A DNA stretch of 64,000 nt from an uncultured bacterium (GTDB lineage: Bacteria > Fidelibacterota > Marinisomatia > Marinisomatales > UBA1611). The notes beneath the pieces were generated by a model, which searched no databases, was not told the origin of the DNA, and worked only from the letters and a program-made list of their open reading frames with translations. Positions 20,338-29,857 of this stretch are shown here, piece by piece. The stretch's first letter is position 1. Every line of letters begins with the position of its first letter. The stretch is taken from positions 33,466-97,465 of the forward strand of contig CBFIBM010000005.1 of the NCBI GenBank assembly GCA_965660855.1, read 5' to 3'. The position numbers and the translations under genes are program-made.

Positions 20338-21160
20338 CCATAAACAATATATGGTCTTTAGTTAAAACAGCTAAAGATTGGTTAATATTTTTTATATCTA
20401 TAATTGTATTATAACCAAGATCAATATAATATTTAGTTTTATCACCAAGTTTGAAAGCATTACCATGATTATTAAAAATTAGCCAATCAGAACTGTATGA
20501 AATTAAATATTTACTATCAATTAACTGATTTGAGTATGTATTTTTTTTCATACCATTTTGATTAAAAATAGTTAGTTTCCCATCACAACTTAATATTCCT
20601 ATATCACCATTCTCATTTATATTTAAGTCATTTAAACAAAGATTAGTACCAAATTCTTTAAAAAAGTTAATAAATAAGCTTTCATCCAGAGAACCATTTG
20701 AAAATAAAAATAGTCCATTAAATGATTTTGAATACATAATTATATCACCCCACGGAAAAACAGCGGCTTTATTGGGATATATATTTTTTTCTAATTTGAT
20801 AGATTGAATATGATTGAGATTAAAATCTAAGTGTATAAGTGTATTTTCTAACCTATCTAGAACTTTAACCCCATCATGAAAACTATCCATCCAAATATAA
20901 TCTCCATATATAAATTCGTTATTTACCAACCCACCAGAAAACTTAATTTTATTTTGCTCACTGATTTCAATTATTATTCTTTTAGATTTATCTAATATTA
21001 AAATTCCATTAGCGAAAGATCCTGTAAAACTACTTGCTTTAAAATCATATTTTTTAACAGTTTTTGGGATAAGCTTCGATTCAATAATCTTAATTTTTTT
21101 CTCAGAAAATATTAAATTATTGAAAAGGATAAATAAGTATATGAATCTATGTTTTATCAG
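20327..21160 (-). CDS. Hypothetical secreted beta-rich (possibly propeller-like) protein; frame extends 77 codons upstream of the listed TTG
   Basis: The frame is open from 21166 to 20327. The extension LIKHRFIYLFILFNNLIFSEKK looks like a signal peptide, with only CTG (21160) or ATA (21157) available as a start, just after AGAGGA. Confidence 0.6.
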   Translation of the reverse strand: MIKHRFIYLFILFNNLIFSEKKIKIIESKLIPKTVKKYDFKASSFTGSFANGILILDKSKRIIIEISEQNKIKFSGGLVNNEFIYGDYIWMDSFHDGVKVLDRLENTLIHLDFNLNHIQSIKLEKNIYPNKAAVFPWGDIIMYSKSFNGLFLFSNGSLDESLFINFFKEFGTNLCLNDLNINENGDIGILSCDGKLTIFNQNGMKKNTYSNQLIDSKYLISYSSDWLIFNNHGNAFKLGDKTKYYIDLGYNTIIDIKNINQSLAVLTKDHILFMDVY

Positions 21161-21998
21161 ATTCCTCTAATTTTATCGGTTGAATAATAAAATATATTCC
21201 AATTAAAACCATTAAAGCGGATAAAATTTGTGCACCAGAGAATAGATCAAATAAATATTTCTCATTTGTTCTCAAAAATTCAATGATAAATCTTTCAGAG
21301 CCTGCTAAAATCAAATATGTGAAAAATAAAGATCCTTGATGCTTTATTTTTGTTCTACTTTTCCATAAAAATATAAAAATAAGGGTACAAATAAAAGTTT
21401 CATATATTTGTGTTGGATGAACGGATAATAAACCTGGTGAAAAATTAGAAAGATCAATCCAAGGGTACCTATACTCAAAAACGTCATATGTCGTCGGCGG
21501 GAGTCCATTTGGAAAGGAAATACCCCATGGTAAATTTGTTGGAATACCGTAATCATCTCCTACTAGAAAACATCCAATTCGCCCTATTGCATAACCTAAA
21601 ATAATTAAAGGTGCTAAAATATCAGCAAACAGTAACCATGGTAAATTATATTTATTAAGTATCATAGATACTGCGATCACTGCTCCAATAAGGCCACCAA
21701 TAAAAACTAATCCAGCTCCACTAAAAATCATTCCAAAAGGATCTGAAGATGATAACAAGTCGTCTAAGTTCTCTAAGATATAGTAAGTCTTTGCACCCAA
21801 GATTCCTCCCAAAGCAGACCAAAAAATAATATCTGATGCTAATTTCTCTTTATAGCCAAATCTTTTAAAGTCATAATTCAAAAGGAAATAACAAGTATAA
21901 AAAGCAACTACTAGCATTAATCCAAAAGAATAAATTGCCAATTTAAATTTAAAGCCTAAAATATTTACTATTCCAAAATCAAAAATTATAGGATACAT
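21147..21998 (-). CDS. lgt: Prolipoprotein diacylglyceryl transferase
   Basis: MYP start, GRIGCFLVGDDYG, HPTQIYE, RFIIEFLR; multi-TM. Confidence 0.92.
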   Translation of the reverse strand: MYPIIFDFGIVNILGFKFKLAIYSFGLMLVVAFYTCYFLLNYDFKRFGYKEKLASDIIFWSALGGILGAKTYYILENLDDLLSSSDPFGMIFSGAGLVFIGGLIGAVIAVSMILNKYNLPWLLFADILAPLIILGYAIGRIGCFLVGDDYGIPTNLPWGISFPNGLPPTTYDVFEYRYPWIDLSNFSPGLLSVHPTQIYETFICTLIFIFLWKSRTKIKHQGSLFFTYLILAGSERFIIEFLRTNEKYLFDLFSGAQILSALMVLIGIYFIIQPIKLEESDKT

Positions 21999-22074
21999 CT
22001 TATTATAAATTCCTCACATAAAGCTTTTAACTGAAGGCTTTAAATTACATTATCTGTAATTATATCAAAAATAA

Positions 22075-22794
22075 TCATTCCGTAGTTATTTTTGTTAATA
22101 TTATCAAATCATAAATTGAATGAGACCATGCTGTTATACCAAACCCTCTTAATAAATATAAAATACCTAAAAATACACCTGCCAAAAATCTCACCATAAA
22201 TATTTTGAATGAAAAAAAATCTCCAAATTCACCAATAAAATGGAACGCAGAAAAAATACCTGCAGAGATAATGATTGCTATGATACTTACATTATTTTTA
22301 CTCCATTTAAAAATCATGGTTAAAATTGAAGACATAATAAAAACCAAAACAACACGAAAAAGAAATTCTTCATATATACCCGCACCAATTGCAAGTGTAA
22401 TTTGCTGTATTAAAAGCTCACCATTTGGGTTCATTAACAAAATATTCATGTTGGACATTAGAACAAATAAAACATATGACCAAAAAAAGCTTTCCAAGGT
22501 CATTATAAAAAAATAATTACCAACAATTACTGATTCTTTCCATTTCTTTTTTTGAAGAATAAAAGAAATTATAAAAACTATAAAAAAAAGACCACCCAAC
22601 CAGTATAATCCAATTATCCCAAACCTAGATAAGGCTTGACGCATCAGAGCATCTGCACCATTTCTAATGACAGCCAAGTCATCTTGAGATGTGAAAAGAA
22701 TACCTATTTCATAAAATACAAAATACGGTAGGGTAAAAAGAAAGCTGTATAATGGTGTTTTTGAAAATTTCCAATAATTTATTAATTGAATCAA
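22075..22794 (-). CDS. CPBP (CAAX protease/Abi) family intramembrane metalloprotease
   Basis: EELLFR-type motif AGIYEEFLFR, FSAFH, WSHSIYD. Confidence 0.85.
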   Translation of the reverse strand: MIQLINYWKFSKTPLYSFLFTLPYFVFYEIGILFTSQDDLAVIRNGADALMRQALSRFGIIGLYWLGGLFFIVFIISFILQKKKWKESVIVGNYFFIMTLESFFWSYVLFVLMSNMNILLMNPNGELLIQQITLAIGAGIYEEFLFRVVLVFIMSSILTMIFKWSKNNVSIIAIIISAGIFSAFHFIGEFGDFFSFKIFMVRFLAGVFLGILYLLRGFGITAWSHSIYDLIILTKITTE

Positions 22795-24593
22795 TCGTTT
22801 TGTACCTGTAAAACAGCTAATAATGCTTCTTGAGGAACTTCTACTTTCCCTATCATTTTCATCCTTTTTTTACCTTTCTTTTGTTTCTCCCATAATTTTC
22901 TTTTTCTTGAAATATCTCCACCGTAACATTTTGCAGTAACATTTTTCTTAAGCGCTTTAACTGTTGATCTTGCTATAATTCGTCTATTAAGAGAAGCTTG
23001 AATCGCAACTTCAAACATTTGCCGTGGAATTAACTCTTTAAGTTTACTACATAAAGCAACGCCTCTATGATATGCATCATCTGAGTGGCAGATAATTGAT
23101 AAAGCATCTACAGGTTCATCATGAATTAAAATATCTAATTTTTGAAGACTGGCTTCCTTAAATTTTTTGAATTCATAATCAAATGAGGCATAACCACTTG
23201 ATAAGGATTTTAACCTATCATAAAAATCAAAAATGATTTCACCTAAAGGTAAATCATAGTGCACTGAAGCTTTTTCTGGAGACAAGTAGTTAGTGGTTTT
23301 GTAAATACCTCTTTTCTTTTGACACAAAGTCATTACACCTCCAAGATATTCTTTTGGAGTTATTATCTCAGCTCGCACAATTGGCTCTAAAATATTCTCT
23401 ATTGCACCAGAACCAGGCATTTTAGCTGGTGTATCAACACTTATAGTTTCTCCACTGCGTGTGTTGATTTTATAGACAACATTTGGAGTTGTTGTAACAA
23501 GATCTAAATTGAATTCACGTTCCAATCTTTCTTGAATAATCTCCATATGAAGAAGGCCTAAAAACCCACATCGAAACCCAAAACCAAGAGCCTCACTTGT
23601 TTCTGGAGTAAAATCCAATGAGGCATCATTTAATTTAAGCTTTTCGAGCGCCCGGCGTAATTGATCATAATCGTCTGAATCTGCTGGATATAATCCTGAG
23701 AAAACCATAGCTTTAATTTTTTTGTATCCAGGCAATCTTTCCTTAGCTTCATTTTTCTTTGTTGTTATGGTATCACCTGGTTCGATGTGACTCATGTCTC
23801 TAATACTTGCTACAATATAGCCAACCTCTCCAGATTTGAGTTCATTAGTTTTTACTTTATCAAGAATAAAATGCCCCGTCTCGATTATTTCATATTCTCT
23901 ATCATGTGAAAAAAACTTTATAGACATCCCAGGTTTCAATATACCATCAAAGATTCTTACATAAGGTATGGCTCCTTTATAATTATCATACATAGAATCA
24001 AAGATTAATGCCCTCGTTTTATTTTTTGAATTATCTGGAGGTGGTTTAATTCTATTTATAATAGAATCAAAAATTTCCTTTATACCTATTCCACTTTTTG
24101 CACTAGCTTGAATTATTTCTGATTCATCACACCCAATGAGCTCAACAATTTGATTTTGAACCTCTTCAACCATTGCTGATTTTAAATCAACTTTGTTAAT
24201 TATAGGTATTACTGTTAAGTTATTCTCAATAGCCAAATAAGTATTAGAGACAGTTTGTGCTTCTACTCCTTGTGCTGCATCAACCAATAAAAGTACGCCT
24301 TCACAAGCTGCAAGGGACCTTGAAACTTCATAACTAAAATCAACATGACCAGGTGTATCAATTAAATTCAAGACATAAATATCACCATCTGAATGTTTAT
24401 ATTCCATTCTTATTGGATGACTTTTGATGGTTATACCGCGCTCTCTTTCAAGATCCATACTATCTAACACTTGATTTTTCATTTCTTTTTGAGTTAAAGT
24501 ATTTGTCTCTTCTAACAATCTATCTGCTAATGTTGATTTTCCATGGTCAATATGTGCAATAATGCAAAAATTTCTAATATTTTTAGTATTCAT
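22791..24593 (-). CDS. lepA: Elongation factor 4 (LepA)
   Basis: IRNFCIIAHIDHGKSTLADR, ERERGITIK, GFRCGFLGLLH, AKCYGGDISRKRKL. Confidence 0.98.
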   Translation of the reverse strand: MNTKNIRNFCIIAHIDHGKSTLADRLLEETNTLTQKEMKNQVLDSMDLERERGITIKSHPIRMEYKHSDGDIYVLNLIDTPGHVDFSYEVSRSLAACEGVLLLVDAAQGVEAQTVSNTYLAIENNLTVIPIINKVDLKSAMVEEVQNQIVELIGCDESEIIQASAKSGIGIKEIFDSIINRIKPPPDNSKNKTRALIFDSMYDNYKGAIPYVRIFDGILKPGMSIKFFSHDREYEIIETGHFILDKVKTNELKSGEVGYIVASIRDMSHIEPGDTITTKKNEAKERLPGYKKIKAMVFSGLYPADSDDYDQLRRALEKLKLNDASLDFTPETSEALGFGFRCGFLGLLHMEIIQERLEREFNLDLVTTTPNVVYKINTRSGETISVDTPAKMPGSGAIENILEPIVRAEIITPKEYLGGVMTLCQKKRGIYKTTNYLSPEKASVHYDLPLGEIIFDFYDRLKSLSSGYASFDYEFKKFKEASLQKLDILIHDEPVDALSIICHSDDAYHRGVALCSKLKELIPRQMFEVAIQASLNRRIIARSTVKALKKNVTAKCYGGDISRKRKLWEKQKKGKKRMKMIGKVEVPQEALLAVLQVQND

Positions 24594-24637
24594 CTAATCT
24601 AATTTGTGTTTTCCAAATATAAGAAGTCAGATAATAG

Positions 24638-25078
24638 TTATTTACTATAAACACTATTATATCTTTGTTGAGATCTTAGTAATCTAGAATTTGCTTTTTT
24701 CTTATCACCATCTTGGTGAAGGGAAACAATTCTTAGTGCTTCCATAATAGGAATATTTGTGTTATCTGAATTAGTGTAAAAAGCATCTAAATGCATCGAG
24801 ATAATTTGAATATTATACCCTACTTCCTCTGAAAGATATTCATTTATTATATCATAGTATCTTTCAATATAATAGGGCTCAACCCAATTATCATTATGCA
24901 TATACTGTTTTTTTACTTCCGATTTGTGATGTGCTTTTAACTTTGAGATTGCTCCAAATGCACCATTAATAAATGCTATTTTTTCATTTTCATTATAGCT
25001 TGACCAAAATTGTGCAGGAGATTTATCTTTTGAAAACAAGCTAGACATAAAAAAAATTATTACATATTTAAAAAACAT
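24638..25078 (-). CDS. Hypothetical secreted protein
   Basis: 146-aa ORF with a signal-like N-terminus, co-oriented between nadE and lepA. Confidence 0.7.
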   Translation of the reverse strand: MFFKYVIIFFMSSLFSKDKSPAQFWSSYNENEKIAFINGAFGAISKLKAHHKSEVKKQYMHNDNWVEPYYIERYYDIINEYLSEEVGYNIQIISMHLDAFYTNSDNTNIPIMEALRIVSLHQDGDKKKANSRLLRSQQRYNSVYSK

Positions 25079-25084
25079 ATTTTT

Positions 25085-26695
25085 CTATCCTTTGAAATGA
25101 TTTACGATAGGTATCCTTCTACCTAAGCCAAATGCTTTTTTGGATATTTTAAATCCAATGGGCGATTGCCTTCTTTTGAATTCCATAGACTTGATTCTAT
25201 TGTAAATAAACGTTACCAAATCTTTATCAAATCCATCTTCTATTAATTCTTTCGGAGATTTATGTTTTTCTATAAGTTCATCTACCATAGGACTTACTAT
25301 ATTATAATCAAAAGGATCTACTTGATTATACGCTAATTCTGCGGATGGTGGCTTGTTAATTATATTCTCAGGAATAAGATCTGGATAATTTTGATTAATC
25401 CATTTTGCTAATTTATAGACTTGCATTTTACTCAAATCAGAAATTACTGATAAACCTCCACTCATATCACCATAAAGGGTACAATAACCTAATGCCAATT
25501 CAGTTTTATTTCCTGTAGATAATAATAACCAGTTAAATTTATTTGATAATGCCATCAAAATATTGCCCCTTACTCTAGCCTGAATATTTTCCTCAGTTAC
25601 ATCAATCTTAGTACCAATAAAGTGAGGCTTAAGGCTACTTCCAATAACATTAACTACATCATTAATTTTTATAACTCTATGATCTACATTTAAATTTTTT
25701 GATAATTTAATTGCATCATCTAAACTGTGCTTAGATGAGTATTTTGATGGCAGAGAGATAGTATGTACTTTTGATGATGAAAGAGCTTCGGATGCTATGC
25801 ATGCTACAACAGCACTGTCTATTCCACCAGAAAGCCCTAATACAGCTTCATTATGACCTGTTTTTTTAAAATAATCTCTTATCCCTAAACTCAATGCTTT
25901 AAAAAACTGTTCTTCTTCAGGTTCGCTTATAAATTGAGTTTTTTTCTGTTTTCCTTTAAAATCAACGAGGATTATGTCCTCTTTGAATGATTTACCATTT
26001 GCTACTAATTCAGAATTTTGATTAAACGCTAATGAAGAACCATCAAAAATTAATTCATCCTGACCTCCAACCATATTACAGTAAATAAAAGGTTTATTAA
26101 ATTTGTCAACTTTTTGTTTAATTAAATTAATTCTTTCATTTATTTTATTTTTACTAAATGGAGACGACGAAATATTAATAAATAAGTCAGCTCCAGAGTT
26201 ATGTTGTACCTCAGTAACTTTATAGTCGTAGTCAGTATCCCATAAATCTTCGCAAATTTGAAGTCCTATTTTTATTATTTTATTTTCGATTGGTATTTTT
26301 ACTATTTCATTATTTACTCCTTTGTTGAAATACCTAGTTTCATCAAATACATCATATGAAGGTAATAGAGTTTTATCATAAATACTTTGAACTGAACCAT
26401 TGTAACAGACTGCAGCTGAATTATACAAATCACCATTATCACCAAGTCTTACAAACCCAAAAATTATTGGAGTTGTTGATTTTCTACTAATTTTTTCAGC
26501 ACATTCAATATTAAATTTTACAAAATCGTTATCAAACAAAAGATCTTGAGGAGGATAACCTGTAATTGATAGCTCTGGAAATACAATGATATTAGGATTT
26601 AAGTCTAATAAGCTAAAGTAATTATGTAATATTTTATCAGTATTTTCTTTACAGCCTCCAACCAGTGAATTAATCTGACATATAGCAATTTTCAT
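25085..26695 (-). CDS. nadE: Glutamine-dependent NAD+ synthetase
   Basis: Nitrilase-type domain (FPEL, YDK, ICEDLW) plus synthetase motifs SGGIDSA, ENIQAR, TGNKTE, YCTLYGD, KPPSAEL. Confidence 0.96.
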   Translation of the reverse strand: MKIAICQINSLVGGCKENTDKILHNYFSLLDLNPNIIVFPELSITGYPPQDLLFDNDFVKFNIECAEKISRKSTTPIIFGFVRLGDNGDLYNSAAVCYNGSVQSIYDKTLLPSYDVFDETRYFNKGVNNEIVKIPIENKIIKIGLQICEDLWDTDYDYKVTEVQHNSGADLFINISSSPFSKNKINERINLIKQKVDKFNKPFIYCNMVGGQDELIFDGSSLAFNQNSELVANGKSFKEDIILVDFKGKQKKTQFISEPEEEQFFKALSLGIRDYFKKTGHNEAVLGLSGGIDSAVVACIASEALSSSKVHTISLPSKYSSKHSLDDAIKLSKNLNVDHRVIKINDVVNVIGSSLKPHFIGTKIDVTEENIQARVRGNILMALSNKFNWLLLSTGNKTELALGYCTLYGDMSGGLSVISDLSKMQVYKLAKWINQNYPDLIPENIINKPPSAELAYNQVDPFDYNIVSPMVDELIEKHKSPKELIEDGFDKDLVTFIYNRIKSMEFKRRQSPIGFKISKKAFGLGRRIPIVNHFKG

Positions 26696-26717
26696 TAATT
26701 TATTTCCATAAAATATA

Positions 26718-28013
26718 TTATGGCTCTAGCCGGCTCATAGTTCGAGGGAATGGAATAGTTTCTCTAATATGTTTTGTTCCACAAATCCAAGCGACGGTAC
26801 GCTCCAAACCTAAGCCAAAACCAGAGTGAGGAACAGAGCCATATTTTCTTAAATCTAAGTACCATTTAAATGGCTCAAGTGGTAAATCATGATGTCTAAT
26901 TCTTTTAGTAAGAATTTCAATATTATCTTCTCGCTGACCACCACCTATAATTTCACCATATCCTTCCGGTGCTATCATATCAACACCAAGAGCTAAATTC
27001 TTATTTATTTCATCTCTTTTCATATAAAATGCTTTTATATCCGCAGGCCAACTGTGGATAAGAATTGGTTTTTCGAATTGCTTACTTAGAATTGTTTCAT
27101 CAGAAGCACCAAAATCATTTCCATGCTCAAATTCAGAACCATTATCATGAAGAATTTTAACAGCTTCATCATAAGTTAATCTAGGGAAAGGACCTTTAAT
27201 ATTTTGTAGCTTCGTAATATCTCTTTCTAGCGTATCTAGTTCTTTATATGAAGTAGTTAAAACTTGGCTAACTATGTATGCTACCAATTTTTCAGCCCAC
27301 TTCATGTTTTCATCAAGATCAACGAAAGCCATTTCAGGTTCAACCATCCAAAACTCTGTAAGGTGTCTTCTCGTTTTAGATTTTTCAGCACGAAATGTTG
27401 GTCCAAAACAATAAGTTTTTCCAAAGGCAGTAGCACCAGCTTCTTGGTATAATTGTCCACTTTGTGTTAAATAAGCAGAACGTTCAAAGTAATCAACTTC
27501 AAACAAAGTTGTTGTTCCCTCAACTGCATTTGCTGTAAATATTGGAGAATCAATTAAAGTAAAATCATTTGAATCAAAAAAGTCTCTTATTGCTTTTACT
27601 ACTTGATGTCTAATCCTCATTATTGCATTTTGCCTTTTTGACCTTAACCAGAGATGCCTATTTGACATTAAAAAATCAGCACCATGTTCTTTTGGTGAAA
27701 TTGGAAATTCCTCAGTAACATGGTTAACGATAATAATCTCTTTAATAGCAAGTTCGAACCCTCCTATAGACCTTGGTTCTTTTTTTACAATTCCATTTAA
27801 AATAACAGAATCTTCTTGATTTAATTTTTGTTCTAGTTGGAAAGCTTCATCACTTGCTTCTCCTTTTACCACTACACCTTGAAGCAAACCAGTACCATCA
27901 CGGAGAATAATAAACCAAATTTTTCCAATACTTCGAGTGTTGTAGACCCAACCTCTTAATTCTACTTCTTTTCCATCATAGTCTGATAAGTCTTTAATTT
28001 TTACTGTATTCAT
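26718..28013 (-). CDS. asnS: Asparagine--tRNA ligase
   Basis: LRDGTG, YLTQSGQLY, FRAEKSKTRRHLTEFWMVEPE, KAFYMK, PHSGFGLGLER. Confidence 0.96.
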   Translation of the reverse strand: MNTVKIKDLSDYDGKEVELRGWVYNTRSIGKIWFIILRDGTGLLQGVVVKGEASDEAFQLEQKLNQEDSVILNGIVKKEPRSIGGFELAIKEIIIVNHVTEEFPISPKEHGADFLMSNRHLWLRSKRQNAIMRIRHQVVKAIRDFFDSNDFTLIDSPIFTANAVEGTTTLFEVDYFERSAYLTQSGQLYQEAGATAFGKTYCFGPTFRAEKSKTRRHLTEFWMVEPEMAFVDLDENMKWAEKLVAYIVSQVLTTSYKELDTLERDITKLQNIKGPFPRLTYDEAVKILHDNGSEFEHGNDFGASDETILSKQFEKPILIHSWPADIKAFYMKRDEINKNLALGVDMIAPEGYGEIIGGGQREDNIEILTKRIRHHDLPLEPFKWYLDLRKYGSVPHSGFGLGLERTVAWICGTKHIRETIPFPRTMSRLEP

Positions 28014-28029
28014 TTTTTTAATAATTCCT

Positions 28030-28581
28030 TTACCATGTTGTCATTATATCATTCAGTATATCTTCAGAAATTTTGCTCATGGCAACTCTTGTTGCAAATG
28101 CTCTTGGCTCACCAAATTCATCGTCATCTTGGTCATCAATTTTTCCATCAAAATCATTATCAATTCCATCTGTACCTATGTCACCAGAAATACCATAAGC
28201 TCCATAACCAGAATAATTTGATTCAAGTATATTTTTATCATTTTTTAAGTCATACCATTCAATCTGTACATCTATTTTGTATCTGTATTCTGATATAGAT
28301 TCTTCTTTATTAAAGGTGTAAGGTCCATTTGAAATACTTTTTATCTTACCTTTTAATATCGAATTGCAATTTTGATCATTTTCAATTCTTAAAACACCTG
28401 ATTCATTGAACTCTTCTATAATAAAGTCAGTGATATTTTCAGCTAAATCAAATTCTGATGTTTGGTTTTCAAATAACGGTATATGAATAGATTTGATATG
28501 AGTTGGTATTGATCCTGATAATGAATAGTATGAGCAAGATAAAGATACAAATATAAAATTCATGTAAACTAAAAATTTCAT
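28030..28581 (-). CDS. lptE: LPS assembly lipoprotein LptE family
   Basis: Lipobox SLSC, then YYSLSGSIPTHIKSIHIPLFENQT and LKGKI; sits after a sigma54-type activator as in FCB-group genomes. Confidence 0.75.
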   Translation of the reverse strand: MKFLVYMNFIFVSLSCSYYSLSGSIPTHIKSIHIPLFENQTSEFDLAENITDFIIEEFNESGVLRIENDQNCNSILKGKIKSISNGPYTFNKEESISEYRYKIDVQIEWYDLKNDKNILESNYSGYGAYGISGDIGTDGIDNDFDGKIDDQDDDEFGEPRAFATRVAMSKISEDILNDIMTTW

Positions 28582-28583
28582 TT

Positions 28584-29792
28584 TTACTTCTTTTTATTAA
28601 TCTTTGGTTCCAAGCCAAACTCTTCTATTTTTCTATATAAAGTTCTTTCACTCATTCCTAAGGATCGTGCTGTTTTCCTTCTATTATTATTGAAAAAACT
28701 TAAAGTTCTAGTTATTGCTTCTTTTTCAAGATCTTTAATTGAAATATCTCCAATAGCATCATCTCTTATAAGCTTAAAACCCTCCTCTATTATTTCCATA
28801 GATTTCTGAGGTAATTCAATACTTTTATCAATTGATTCTATTTTATTAGGAACATTCGTATTAACTGAGCCTGACATTATTAATTTCTGAATTATTTCAG
28901 TATCCTGTTTTAAAAGAAATAATTGCCTGAGCATTAAATCAATCTCGGCTTTATTCGTGTCATTATCTACAACTATTGGTAATTCATTATTTACCTGGGG
29001 TTTTGAATAAATATCATTCATGGACTTATTCACCATATCTGATGTAATCCTTTCACCTTTCTCAATGACAAGTATTTTTTCCACAAAGTGTTTCAATTCT
29101 CTAATATTACCTGGCCAATCATATTGCTTCATTGTTCTTATTGCATCAGGCACAAATCCCCTATACCGAATATCATTTGATCGTGTAAATTCAAGTGCAA
29201 ACCTTTCAACAAACAATCCTAAGTCCTCAAGTCTATTTCGAAGTGCTGGAAGGTGTATATTTACGGTATTCAACCTGTAATAAAGATCTTCTCTAAATTG
29301 TTTTTTTTCAACCAAAGCTTTTAAATTTTTATTAGTTGCCGCTATAATACGAACATCTGTTTTCCTAGTTTTTGCTTCTCCTACTCTCATAAACTCGCCA
29401 CTCTCTAGAACTCTAAGTAATTTGACTTGAGTCTCTAAAGGAGTTTCACCAATTTCATCAAGAAAAATAGTTCCTAAATCTGCTTCTTCAAAATAGCCTT
29501 TCCTGTCAACATTAGCTCCTGTGAAAGAACCTTTCTTATGCCCAAATAATTCAGATTCGATGATTCCCTCAGGTATAGCTCCACAGTTTACAATTACAAG
29601 AGATGAATTTGATCTTTTACTATTTTTATGTACAGCTTTTGCTATTACTTCTTTCCCTGTGCCTGACTCTCCTGTAATTAAAACAGATATATCAACATTT
29701 GATATTTGGCTAATCATTTCAAGAACTTGCTTAATACCATTTGAATTTCCAACTATCCCAGAGCGCTTTTGGAGTATATGTATATAATTCAT
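28584..29792 (-). CDS. Sigma54-interaction AAA+ transcriptional regulator (Fis-type HTH) with no N-terminal sensor domain
   Basis: GESGTGKE, ESELFGHKKGSFTGA, FLDEIGE, FREDLYYRL, WPGNIREL, HTH RRKTARSLGMSERTLYRK. Confidence 0.93.
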   Translation of the reverse strand: MNYIHILQKRSGIVGNSNGIKQVLEMISQISNVDISVLITGESGTGKEVIAKAVHKNSKRSNSSLVIVNCGAIPEGIIESELFGHKKGSFTGANVDRKGYFEEADLGTIFLDEIGETPLETQVKLLRVLESGEFMRVGEAKTRKTDVRIIAATNKNLKALVEKKQFREDLYYRLNTVNIHLPALRNRLEDLGLFVERFALEFTRSNDIRYRGFVPDAIRTMKQYDWPGNIRELKHFVEKILVIEKGERITSDMVNKSMNDIYSKPQVNNELPIVVDNDTNKAEIDLMLRQLFLLKQDTEIIQKLIMSGSVNTNVPNKIESIDKSIELPQKSMEIIEEGFKLIRDDAIGDISIKDLEKEAITRTLSFFNNNRRKTARSLGMSERTLYRKIEEFGLEPKINKKK

Positions 29793-29857
29793 GAAATTAT
29801 TCCAAAATTAAATTTATAAAACTCAAAAAAATATTTCTCAAGATTGTAACTGTAAAC

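Noticed and set aside
22075..22794. CPBP/Abi-family gene as an abortive-infection or bacteriocin-immunity system
   Set aside because: It sits between lepA and lgt with no defence or bacteriocin genes nearby, so a housekeeping membrane protease is the simpler reading.
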